64,000 bases of DNA from Halarcobacter sp. (GTDB lineage Bacteria; Campylobacterota; Campylobacteria; Campylobacterales; Arcobacteraceae): assembly GCA_963676565.1 (NCBI GenBank), contig OY781089.1, positions 3,168,001 to 3,232,000 on the forward strand, given 5' to 3'. The translations under genes and the position numbers were made by a program. The notes under the pieces were generated by a model that worked only from the letters and a program-made list of their open reading frames with translations, was not told where the DNA came from and ran no database searches. Positions 54,939 to 64,000 of the stretch are shown here, piece after piece (positions within the stretch are counted from its first letter, which is position 1; the number at the start of each line of letters is the position of its first letter).

Positions 54939-57844
54939 CATTCATCGTCATCATTATTGTTTGAAGTAATTGTTTTTGAAGTAGTTGTTGTTGAAACTTT
55001 TACAGGAGTTGGAGCTGTTGTTTTATTTTCAATCTTTGTTTCTACTTTAACAGGTTTTGGTCTTGAAATTTCTATATTTTTAGGCTCATTTTCTTTTCTA
55101 CCTTGAATAGAGCAATTTTCAGCTTTGATTCTATCCATTGCTCTAAATAATTCTTCAGTTGTAGTTTCTAATTCTGAAGATATTTTTTCTAATTCTTCAT
55201 TAGAAACTCTTTTTGAATTTAGATCAATATATTCACCAACTAAGTTATGAACTTTTTCATGGTATTCTTTCATTTTATTCCAAGAAGATGAATTACAAAA
55301 CTCTTTTCTTTGGCTTTCTTGTTCTAAAATCCATCTACCAAAATCACACTCTTTTGGCGAAGTTACATTCCAAGAATTAAAAGTTCCAACTTGTGCAAAG
55401 TTTTTGTTTTTGAAAACGATATGATCATTTTTTAGTTTTGACATTGTAAAAACTAAATCTACATCACAAATCTCTTCTTGTTTTCCTTTATCAAAATTTG
55501 CCCTTTCTGCAATATCAAGTAAACTAGCAGATAGTTCAGAAACTTCTGTTGCAAGATTACTAATTTGTGTTGCAGATGATGCATTAACTTGTGTTGCTTG
55601 GTCTAAAGAATTAATAACATCATTAATCTGAACAATACCTGTCTCTTGCTCTTTAGAAGCAGAATCAACATCTGCAATTAATTCAATTGTTTCACTAACT
55701 TTACTATTTAAATCAGAATATCCTTTAATCATATTATCAGCAATTGTTTTACCTTCATTTGCTTTTGTTGTAGCATTTTCAACTAAATTTTTAATCTCTT
55801 TTGCTGCTTCCGCACTTCTACTTGCAAGGTTTCTTACCTCTTGGGCTACAACTGCAAATCCTTTTCCAGCTTCCCCTGCTGTTGCTGCTTCAACTGCTGC
55901 ATTTAAAGATAGAATATTTGTTTGGAAAGCAATTTGATCAATAACAGTAATTGCATCATTAATAGCTTGAACTTGCGTATCAATATCATCCATAGCTGAA
56001 GTTGTTTTAGTTGCTAAACTTTCTCCATCACGTGCTGATTTATTTAAATCATTTGCTAAAATAGACATTCTATTTACTTTTTCATTACTTGATTTAATAA
56101 TTGATGTTATCTCTTCTACTGCTGCTGCTGTTTGTTCTAAAGATGCAGCTTGATCATTGGCTGAATCTGAAAGCTGACTAGAAGACGATGATAAGATATC
56201 GATATCTGCATTTAATTTTTCACCTGTTTTTGTTATCATTGATAAAAATTCTGATACTGTACCACCAAGTTCCCTTGTACTTGCAAATATTGAACCAATA
56301 ATACCATTAGAGCCTTTTTTAGCAGCTGTTAATGATGAATCGAAATTAGAATCTCCATACTCAAGTAAAACATTATTTATATCTTCTAATTTATCATTTG
56401 TTGAATCTATCATTGAATTAATTGATTCTCTTAGTTTTTGAATAGTAGGATTCTTTGATGTTTTTTCAACTTTATATACATAAAAACCATTTTTTATTTT
56501 TCTAATAACATCTTCTACTTCTTCAATCACTAAGGCATCTTGTGCATAGCCAGCTTTTAAGTTATCAACATAACCATTAAAGGCATCAACTAAAGATCCA
56601 ATCTCATCATCATTAGTTTTTCTTATTCTTTCACTAGTATCATTTCCTGAACCTAAATTTTCAACTGCTTCTTTTAAGTCTTCAATAGGTCTAATGATAA
56701 TTTTTTTAACTAAAAATGAATAAACTAAATAAATAATAATAATTGCTATAATAGTAAATACAGAGAAATAAATAATAATATCATTAATCTCTTTATCTGT
56801 TTTTTCTTGCATTGTTAAAATATTTTCTTCAATATCATCTACATAGGCACCAGTTCCTATAATCCAATCCCAAGGCTCGAACTTTTTCACATAAGAGTAT
56901 TTCAATTGAGGTGCATCTTTTCCTGGTTTTTCCCACATATAATCAACTAAACCACCTAGGTTTTCAGTTTTTGATACCTTAACCATTTCATTAAATAAAA
57001 ACTTTCCATTTGGATCTTTAACTTTTGATAGATTTTTACCATTTAATGATGGTTTTATAGGATGCATAATCATTTTTGGTTCTGAATCATTTATCCAAAA
57101 ATAACCACTTTTTCCATATCTCATTGCAGAAATAGATTTTAATGCCTCAGCTTTTAAATTTTCAGAAACATCAGAAACATATTCCCCTGTTCCTATAACC
57201 CATCCAAAAGGTTCAAAAAGTTTTACAAAAGATACTTTAGGTTGTGGTTTTTCAAATCCTGGTTTTGGCCAAACATAATCAACGAAACCTTCTTTACTAG
57301 CCTTTGCAACCGCTGCAAACTCTTTAAAGATTTGTTTTCCACCTTTATCTTTATAATTATATAAATCTTTCCCATCAAGTTGTGGCTTAATTGGATGCAT
57401 CACAATAACAGCATCTAAATCATTAATCCAGAAATAACCATTTTCCCCATATCTGGTACCCTGAACTATACTTTTTAGTCTTTGTTTTAATTCTTCTTCT
57501 GATAATAAATCTTTATTTTTTTCATATTCATGATTCAAAATTGAAAATATGAATTTCGCTTCAGATTTTAAAGTTTCTTGAACTTCAACTTTTACTTTAT
57601 CTATTGATGTTCTTTTATAATATGAATCAACAGTTTTTAAAGCTAATGAAACATAATTTTCAAGTTCTTTCTCCTTATTTGAGTAAGCCTCTTGTTTAAA
57701 GTTCTCAATTTTTTCTTTTGATACTTTTTTTAAAGTGTAAATTGACTGAGTTGCAATTAATACAGATACAATTACAATTGCAAGCAAAGATATAACTAAC
57801 AACTTTCCTTTGATTGATATTTTTGACAGCATGAACCTTCCCAT
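54926..57844 (-). CDS. Methyl-accepting chemotaxis protein: 2x Cache_2-type sensor, HAMP, signalling domain, CZB, C-terminal pentapeptide
   Basis: Two TM helices; duplicated RYG..GYFWIND...MHPIKP.L.GK repeats; [18 protein letters not shown]...CDFGRW...HEKVH; ends EWESF. Confidence 0.95.
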   Translation of the reverse strand: MGRFMLSKISIKGKLLVISLLAIVIVSVLIATQSIYTLKKVSKEKIENFKQEAYSNKEKELENYVSLALKTVDSYYKRTSIDKVKVEVQETLKSEAKFIFSILNHEYEKNKDLLSEEELKQRLKSIVQGTRYGENGYFWINDLDAVIVMHPIKPQLDGKDLYNYKDKGGKQIFKEFAAVAKASKEGFVDYVWPKPGFEKPQPKVSFVKLFEPFGWVIGTGEYVSDVSENLKAEALKSISAMRYGKSGYFWINDSEPKMIMHPIKPSLNGKNLSKVKDPNGKFLFNEMVKVSKTENLGGLVDYMWEKPGKDAPQLKYSYVKKFEPWDWIIGTGAYVDDIEENILTMQEKTDKEINDIIIYFSVFTIIAIIIIYLVYSFLVKKIIIRPIEDLKEAVENLGSGNDTSERIRKTNDDEIGSLVDAFNGYVDNLKAGYAQDALVIEEVEDVIRKIKNGFYVYKVEKTSKNPTIQKLRESINSMIDSTNDKLEDINNVLLEYGDSNFDSSLTAAKKGSNGIIGSIFASTRELGGTVSEFLSMITKTGEKLNADIDILSSSSSQLSDSANDQAASLEQTAAAVEEITSIIKSSNEKVNRMSILANDLNKSARDGESLATKTTSAMDDIDTQVQAINDAITVIDQIAFQTNILSLNAAVEAATAGEAGKGFAVVAQEVRNLASRSAEAAKEIKNLVENATTKANEGKTIADNMIKGYSDLNSKVSETIELIADVDSASKEQETGIVQINDVINSLDQATQVNASSATQISNLATEVSELSASLLDIAERANFDKGKQEEICDVDLVFTMSKLKNDHIVFKNKNFAQVGTFNSWNVTSPKECDFGRWILEQESQRKEFCNSSSWNKMKEYHEKVHNLVGEYIDLNSKRVSNEELEKISSELETTTEELFRAMDRIKAENCSIQGRKENEPKNIEISRPKPVKVETKIENKTTAPTPVKVSTTTTSKTITSNNNDDDEWESF

Positions 57845-57966
57845 TTCCCATTATTTTGAACTTATTATAATGCTAATATATTAAAATGTCAAGTAAGTTT
57901 GCACTTGTAAATAATTATTATTTTATTTTATGTTATTATGCTAAAATAAGAAACTAAAGGATTTTT

Positions 57967-59895
57967 ATGATTAAAAAACTATTTAAAAAAGCAACTATTG
58001 ATGATTTATTAAAAGAGTTGAAAAGTTCAACTTTTAAAGAAGATAAAGTTGATTCTATGCTTGAACACCTAAATATTAATCATATAAATCAAAATAATGA
58101 AAATTTCTTACATCTCATGATTTTAGATAATAAAATAGAATCAGCAAAATGGCTTATAAAAAGAGGAATAGATATAAACTATCAAGACTCAAAGGGAAAT
58201 TCACCTTTGATGTTAGCTTCTAAAGATGGCTTTTTAAGTGCAATAGATTTATTACTTGAAAAAAATGCCGATGTTAATTTGGAAAATTACAGTGGCTATA
58301 CAGCAATTGATTTTGCCGCATATAATGGACATTTTGTTGCATATAAGAAACTAAAACCTTTTGTTAAAGATTTAAATAAAAAAAACAAGAAGAATGAATC
58401 AATTTTACATTTTGCAGTAAAATCGCAAAATCTAGAAATTATAGATGACTTATTAGAGGAAAAAAGATTTATAAATGATGATTCTATATTATTTTATAAA
58501 GAATCATTTGAAAATATTAATGTTTTAAATACCCTATTAGATAAATTTGATAGTTTAAATAAATTAGATCACAATGGAAGGAATCTACTTTTTTATGTGG
58601 TTGAAAATGGTTTTGAATGCCAAAATATTTTCCTAAAACTTCTTGAAGAGGGTTTAGATATAAACTGTATTGATAATAAAGGGAATAATATACTTTTACA
58701 CTTAATTGAGTATATAATCTACAAAGAAAACAATCTAGTTATTGATACAAAAGAAGATGTTGAAAAACATAAAAAAGATATAAAAAATCTAATTGACATA
58801 ATTCCAACAATAATTGAATCGCAAATTGATACAACAATATCAAACAATAACAATGAAACTATATTATCACTTCCTGTAAAAAACCAACATCTAGTACTTT
58901 TAAATCTACTTTTAGATTGTGAAGTACCCATTGATGTAGTTGACAGGAATAATAATACAGCATTAAGTTTAATAATTGAAAAAGGAAATAGTTATCTTGA
59001 GACAACTCATATCTTGCTTGATTATGGAATAAATCCAAATATTAAAGATTCAAATAATCATACAGTAATAGAAAAGCTAATTGATGCAATTTTAATTGTT
59101 AGAGAAGAGAAAAAAGCTAGACCTATTCAAAGGAAGAACCTTGATTTTAAAAGTGATTATGTATCTATTCTAGAAAGTGTTTTAGTAAATACTGATGTTA
59201 AACTAAAACAATATAATTCAAAGGGTGAGCCATATTTTTTTGAAGCATTAAGGTATGGAGCAACTGACATTGTTAAGCTTTTAATAAAATATGGTGCAGA
59301 TATAAATGCTCAAGATAAAGATGGCAATAATATTATCTATAAATATATGTTAGAGAATCAAGAGTTTAAAAAAGAGAAAGAGCAAAAAAACTATTATAAC
59401 AATTTACAAGCAATAATCATTATGGGAGCAAATGTAAATGCAAAAGATTCTTATGGTGGAATCACTTTACATAAAGCAATATTAGACTGCGATATGACAG
59501 TAATAAAAATGTTGTTACACAGTGGTGTGGATATGAATGCAATTGATAATAGGGGAAGACATATATTACATAATGCTGTTTGGAAAAATGATATTAAAAT
59601 ATTTAAGCTTATTTATTCTTATAATAAATCTTTATTAAATGAGCCAGATAAATTTGGTGTCTTACCAATAAACTATGCAGCTTTTTTAGGATATACAGAT
59701 ATGGTATTAGAATTCATTGAACTTAGTGCCCACGTTAATAACCCTTATAAAAAGACAAAATATATTTTAAATTTTTTAAAAAAATTTCATAAAAATTTAG
59801 ATACTTTGATATTAAATGCAAGAACAAAAATCCAAAAAGAGAAAATAAAAATTTTAGTAGAAAATATGAAAAAGGAGTTTGAAGTTAATTCTTAA
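57967..59895 (+). CDS. Ankyrin-repeat protein
   Basis: Many ankyrin units (GNSPLMLA, GYTAIDFA, GITLHKA, GRHILHNA, GADINAQD). Confidence 0.92.
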   Translation: MIKKLFKKATIDDLLKELKSSTFKEDKVDSMLEHLNINHINQNNENFLHLMILDNKIESAKWLIKRGIDINYQDSKGNSPLMLASKDGFLSAIDLLLEKNADVNLENYSGYTAIDFAAYNGHFVAYKKLKPFVKDLNKKNKKNESILHFAVKSQNLEIIDDLLEEKRFINDDSILFYKESFENINVLNTLLDKFDSLNKLDHNGRNLLFYVVENGFECQNIFLKLLEEGLDINCIDNKGNNILLHLIEYIIYKENNLVIDTKEDVEKHKKDIKNLIDIIPTIIESQIDTTISNNNNETILSLPVKNQHLVLLNLLLDCEVPIDVVDRNNNTALSLIIEKGNSYLETTHILLDYGINPNIKDSNNHTVIEKLIDAILIVREEKKARPIQRKNLDFKSDYVSILESVLVNTDVKLKQYNSKGEPYFFEALRYGATDIVKLLIKYGADINAQDKDGNNIIYKYMLENQEFKKEKEQKNYYNNLQAIIIMGANVNAKDSYGGITLHKAILDCDMTVIKMLLHSGVDMNAIDNRGRHILHNAVWKNDIKIFKLIYSYNKSLLNEPDKFGVLPINYAAFLGYTDMVLEFIELSAHVNNPYKKTKYILNFLKKFHKNLDTLILNARTKIQKEKIKILVENMKKEFEVNS

Positions 59896-61433
59896 ACTCT
59901 TTTTTCATCTAAAAGATTTTTAGCAAAAGAAAATGCATCTTTTGTAACACTTTCTCCACTTATCATCCTAGCAATTTCATTTACCCTTGATTCATCATCA
60001 AGTTTTTTTACAGTAGAAACACCATCTTTCTTATCAACTAAAAAATGCTGATGTGCTGTTGATGTTAATTGAGGCTGATGTGAGATTGCAAATATTTGAT
60101 AAGAACTTGATAGTTTATTTAAAACTGTTGCAATTGCAGAACTTTCTTTTCCACTTAAATTTGCATCAATCTCATCTAAAAATAAAATTCCATTATTTAC
60201 AATATCAAACTCACTAATAGAAGTTAAAAGTGCAAGTCTAAGTCTGTTGAATTCCCCTGAACTAATTGTCTCAAGGTTTACACCATTTAACTCAAAAATA
60301 ATCTCATCGATTCCATCTTTTGTTAAACTTTTTTCTTCAACTTTTATTTTTGCATTAGAAAGGTATAAAAATTTTAAATAGTAATTCATTCTCTCTTCTA
60401 GTACTTTTACTGCTTTTTTTCTATATTTACTAATATCTTTTGATAGAGCTTCAACCTCTATAGTGATTTTTTTATGTTTTTTTTCTAATACTGATTTTTC
60501 AAAGGAGATATTTTCATAAGATTCTAACTCTTTTACTTTATTATCTCTATATTCAATTGCCTCTTCAATTGAACCAAATCTTTTTTGCAAAGATGAAAGT
60601 TTTTCAATTCTATCTAATACAGTTTCAATATCTAACTCTTCTAATTCATATAAAGAATCATTAAACTTTTCATAGATATTATTTAACTCATTAATAGCCT
60701 CATCAAAAAAACTACTATCTTCATCTAATAAAGATAATGTTTCATTAACTGCTGATGTGTAATTAAAAATAGCTTGTGATTTTTCAATTGATTCTTCTAT
60801 CTTTTCTTTTTTAGATAATTTCTTTTTAATTAAAGCTAAATCTTCATACTCTCCAATTTGTGGATTTATTGAGTTGATTTTATCTATCTCAAATTTGGCA
60901 AACTCTTTTAAATCTTCAAGTTTTGACTCATCATTTCTAATTTTTTCTAACTCTTTTTGAATAGTCGAAAGCTCTTGATACTTTTCATCAAATTGTAATT
61001 TTATTGAACCATAGTCTTTCTCATACTTTTTACAATAAAAGTCTAAAAAGGCAATTAATTTTATTGAATCAAAATCTGAGTTATCTTTCAAATGTAAATG
61101 TCTAATAAGTGTTTTTGAAAATTGATTTAGGTTTTTTTTAGAGATAGTTTGAGCATTTAAAAAATACCTAGTTTTATCTTTTTTTATCTCTTTGATTATA
61201 ATGTCATCATTTTTTTGTATATCATAAGCTTCATCTTCAATACCCATATTACTTAAAGTAATTTCACCAAGTTTTGCTTTACACTCACCTATTCCAAATA
61301 AAGATAAGATTGATTGCATTAAAACAGATTTTCCAGCTCCACTAGGACCTGTAAAAACGACTAAACCTTTTTCTAGCTCTAGTTCAACATCCTTAAATGA
61401 TAAAAAATCATTTAAATAAATTCTATTAATCAA
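59892..61433 (-). CDS. recN: DNA repair protein RecN
   Basis: Motifs TGPSGAGKS, SSGEFNRL.L, LDEIDA, ISHQPQL, EIARMISG; follows NAD kinase. Confidence 0.93.
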   Translation of the reverse strand: MINRIYLNDFLSFKDVELELEKGLVVFTGPSGAGKSVLMQSILSLFGIGECKAKLGEITLSNMGIEDEAYDIQKNDDIIIKEIKKDKTRYFLNAQTISKKNLNQFSKTLIRHLHLKDNSDFDSIKLIAFLDFYCKKYEKDYGSIKLQFDEKYQELSTIQKELEKIRNDESKLEDLKEFAKFEIDKINSINPQIGEYEDLALIKKKLSKKEKIEESIEKSQAIFNYTSAVNETLSLLDEDSSFFDEAINELNNIYEKFNDSLYELEELDIETVLDRIEKLSSLQKRFGSIEEAIEYRDNKVKELESYENISFEKSVLEKKHKKITIEVEALSKDISKYRKKAVKVLEERMNYYLKFLYLSNAKIKVEEKSLTKDGIDEIIFELNGVNLETISSGEFNRLRLALLTSISEFDIVNNGILFLDEIDANLSGKESSAIATVLNKLSSSYQIFAISHQPQLTSTAHQHFLVDKKDGVSTVKKLDDESRVNEIARMISGESVTKDAFSFAKNLLDEKRV

Positions 61434-62302
61434 TTATTTCCCCACCCTAATTTTTCATTTAAAACTTTAAAGAAATCTCTTTTTGTTCTATGGATAAGTT
61501 TAGCCTTTTTATCTGCAATTGTAACTTTAATAATCGCTTCATTTTTTGCTTCTATAATATCTTGACCATCTATTAAAATAACAGCTCCTTGAGAATCTTT
61601 TATTTTAAATTCTATTTCTATTTCTGCTGGCATTACAAGTGGCCTTTGGGTCAAAGAATGAGATGCAACAGGAGTTATAATAAAAGCTTCAGTTAAAGGA
61701 TAGACAATTGGACCACCAACAGATAGGTTATATGCTGTTGAGCCTGTAGGTGTTGAGATAATTACACCATCACCATGATAAGAGTTAAAAGATTCACCAT
61801 TAATTTTTGCATTTACTTTTAACATAGATGAAACTGTTTTTCTAGAAAGTACTACATCATTAAAAGCTACATAGGTTTTATCACCAATTTTACACTCAAT
61901 TAACATTCTATTGTCAATTCTATAATTATCATTCATTAAATCATTTAAAAAAGAAGGTAGCTCTTCAAATACAATATCAGTTAGAAAACCTAAAGTTCCC
62001 ATATGAATACCCAAAATTGGAATATCATATTTAAAAGAACTTCTCACAACAGATAATAAAGTTCCATCGCCACCTATAGATAAAAGGATATCTGCTTCAT
62101 TACAAATCTCATCTAAACTTTTACCTTGGTCTTCATTAATCATCTTTGCTGAATTTTCTTCAAGAATAAATTCTATCTCATGAACATCAAAACATTTTTT
62201 TATTTTGTAAAAATCTTCTTTTATCTCAGGTGAATTAGGTTTTAAAAAAATCCCTGCCTTTTTTATAGATTTTAATCTTTCTGAACTTTTTGTTAATCTC
62301 AA
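61430..62302 (-). CDS. nadK: NAD(+) kinase
   Basis: Motifs GGDGT, GTLGFL, ND, DGVIISTPTGSTAY. Confidence 0.96.
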   Translation of the reverse strand: MRLTKSSERLKSIKKAGIFLKPNSPEIKEDFYKIKKCFDVHEIEFILEENSAKMINEDQGKSLDEICNEADILLSIGGDGTLLSVVRSSFKYDIPILGIHMGTLGFLTDIVFEELPSFLNDLMNDNYRIDNRMLIECKIGDKTYVAFNDVVLSRKTVSSMLKVNAKINGESFNSYHGDGVIISTPTGSTAYNLSVGGPIVYPLTEAFIITPVASHSLTQRPLVMPAEIEIEFKIKDSQGAVILIDGQDIIEAKNEAIIKVTIADKKAKLIHRTKRDFFKVLNEKLGWGNN

Positions 62303-62311
62303 TTAATTATC

Positions 62312-64000
62312 CTATTTAAATTCAATCATTTGAATTTGTTTCATTTCATTTTCCAAAACTCTTCCATATTTTTCAAGCTTTTTTTGTTGGCTTGAAATTC
62401 TTGAAACATATGGCTGATTTTCCCTCAAATCTTCACTTAAACTATTTATAGCTTCATTAGCTTCATCAAAGCTATCATAAACACCTTTAATTACTCTATA
62501 ATAACTATTTTGACTTCCTATTGGAAAAGCAAGAACCTCTTCATATAAGTTATTATATTCAAAAAACTTATCTACTCTCATATCATCTTTTAAAAATGTA
62601 ATTAATGTGATTGTATATTTTTTAGAATCTCTATTAAAGAATTCATCTTTTATTTTACTTTTACTATTTTCAAGCTTTGCATAAACACTTGAATAATCAA
62701 ACTCATACTTTTTAGTTTTAACTTGAGTATCATTTTTCTTACTATTATATATCATTTTATTTTTATGGTAAACTTTATATAGTTTTTGATGATTTTTTAT
62801 ATTACTAACTTTTAAATTTTTTAAACTTGTAACATTTAATTCTTCAATTGTCTTTTTTGCATCATCTTTAGTCTCAAACGCTCCATAAATAAGTCTTGCA
62901 TACTCTTTATTATCACCATATTTATATGCTAGTGCTTCGTTTTTAATTTTATTATTTATAAAAGATTGTTCAATTGTAGATTCTTTTAAATTTATTTCAC
63001 CAAAATCAATTGTAAAAAAAGAACTTCCATCATTTAAAAAAACTTCACTTAAAATATTAAACTCTCCATCCTCTTCAACATAAAAAACATCTACAAGTTT
63101 TGATTCTTTTAAAAATTTATTGTTGTTTTCTAATATTTTTGTTTTAGTTGTTTGTTTTTTTATTTTCTTTTTTATAGCTTTAGATTTTTTTTCTTCAACT
63201 TTTGGTTTTTCCTGTTTTACTTTAGCTATTTTTTCTTTTTTGGGTATTTCTTTTTTGGGTATATCTACGATTTTTATTTCATCACTTAATTTTACGTTTA
63301 CTTTTTTTTCTTCTTTTTTATCATTTATCTTTAATTCAACAATTGGATTATTTTCATCTTTAGAAATATTTTTCTTATAAAAACTTTGAAACTTTTCCAT
63401 TTTCATAGAATAAGGTTTATTACTTTTTAAATTATCATTAAACTCTTTAATTGCATTAATTGCTTCTGCTCTAGTTTTATACAAACCATATATAATTCTT
63501 GCTTTATCTTTATTTTTTCCATATAGGTGAGCTAAAGCTTCATCTCCTACGCCATAGGTTTGAAAGAATTTTTCAATACTACTTTGTTTTAAAGAAATAC
63601 TACCTAGTGCTATAGAATAAAATTGAGAATCATCATTTAAAAACTCTTCTTTTAGTTTTTTTGCTTCTTCTGAGTTATTAATAAAAATTGATTTAGAAGA
63701 TTTCTTAATAGGTTTTATTTCTTCTATCTTTTTTTTACTAGTAGTAGCCTTTTTAATATTTTCATTATATTCTGAAAAAAGTTCTTGATGTCTTTTTAAA
63801 TTCGCTGAGTAAGGTTTATTTCTAATTAATCTTGGATCCAAATCTTTTATTGCAGCAGTTGCTTCAGTACCAGTTTTATAAACACCTGAAATAATCCTAG
63901 CAAACTCTTTATTTTCACCAAATTTATAAGCTACAGCATTTGTCATATTAAAAGTTTTAAAATATTCTATTGGATCATATTTACTTAAATCTAAAGTGCA
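62312..64000 (-). CDS. Large protein with at least four tandem SPOR-like repeats (5' end outside the window)
   Basis: The frame stays open from 63946 to the window edge (CTLDLSKYDPIEYFKTFN-M). Repeating units (Y/F)(S/T)I...AR(I/L)I.G.(Y/F)....A..AI..L...L..N.PY resemble DamX-type SPOR domains. Confidence 0.75.
   Translation of the reverse strand, partial: CTLDLSKYDPIEYFKTFNMTNAVAYKFGENKEFARIISGVYKTGTEATAAIKDLDPRLIRNKPYSANLKRHQELFSEYNENIKKATTSKKKIEEIKPIKKSSKSIFINNSEEAKKLKEEFLNDDSQFYSIALGSISLKQSSIEKFFQTYGVGDEALAHLYGKNKDKARIIYGLYKTRAEAINAIKEFNDNLKSNKPYSMKMEKFQSFYKKNISKDENNPIVELKINDKKEEKKVNVKLSDEIKIVDIPKKEIPKKEKIAKVKQEKPKVEEKKSKAIKKKIKKQTTKTKILENNNKFLKESKLVDVFYVEEDGEFNILSEVFLNDGSSFFTIDFGEINLKESTIEQSFINNKIKNEALAYKYGDNKEYARLIYGAFETKDDAKKTIEELNVTSLKNLKVSNIKNHQKLYKVYHKNKMIYNSKKNDTQVKTKKYEFDYSSVYAKLENSKSKIKDEFFNRDSKKYTITLITFLKDDMRVDKFFEYNNLYEEVLAFPIGSQNSYYRVIKGVYDSFDEANEAINSLSEDLRENQPYVSRISSQQKKLEKYGRVLENEMKQIQMIEFK

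Noticed and set aside
1128..63380. Short ORFs from the track that overlap longer genes (e.g. 1128-1310, 2177-2470, 2667-2915, 4873-5085, 11942-12239, 17594-17890, 27226-27621, 38755-39021, 43078-43320, 47729-48028, 63120-63380)
   Set aside because: They are antisense or out-of-frame shadows of well-supported genes, with no motifs or RBS support.

Overview
This is a very AT-rich chromosomal window from a Campylobacterota bacterium, most consistent with Arcobacteraceae (inferred from gene content, the clustered flagellar genes and TGnTATAAT promoters). The centre (~10.3-44.5 kb) is a large flagellar/chemotaxis supercluster: flhA, flgL, fliI, pflA-like, flhB, fliR, fliK, flgC, fliE, flgV-like, flhG, flhF, mini-flgA, flgN, flgJ, motB/motA, fliY, flaG-like, pflB-like, two tandem flgE paralogues, flgD, fliN, fliH, fliG, fliF, flgB, flgF, cheZ, cheY, plus a divergent flgG operon with two uncharacterised genes. 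The flanks carry housekeeping genes (clpA/clpS, bioD, rimM, khpA, rpsP, ffh, RluA-type synthase, waaA, glyQ, purE, trhP-like U32, recN, NAD kinase) and accessory genes. The accessory genes are a ferredoxin:thioredoxin reductase-rhodanese fusion missing from the ORF track, a stand-alone BLUF protein, a tethered cytochrome c, a molybdopterin oxidoreductase, an orphan BatD, an MCP with a CZB domain, an ankyrin protein and a multi-SPOR protein. The most notable signals are a stator with Na+-type (PomA/PomB-like) signatures, a remodelled PflA/PflB scaffold with a candidate split PflB and SPOR anchor, sigma70-type promoters with no fliA at its usual syntenic position, a very long FliK with a recurring short motif, and long G-U-tolerant hairpins ahead of flgE and rpsP. 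I saw no rRNA, tRNA, CRISPR array, transposase or prophage gene. All homology calls come from motif recognition and recall, not database searches.
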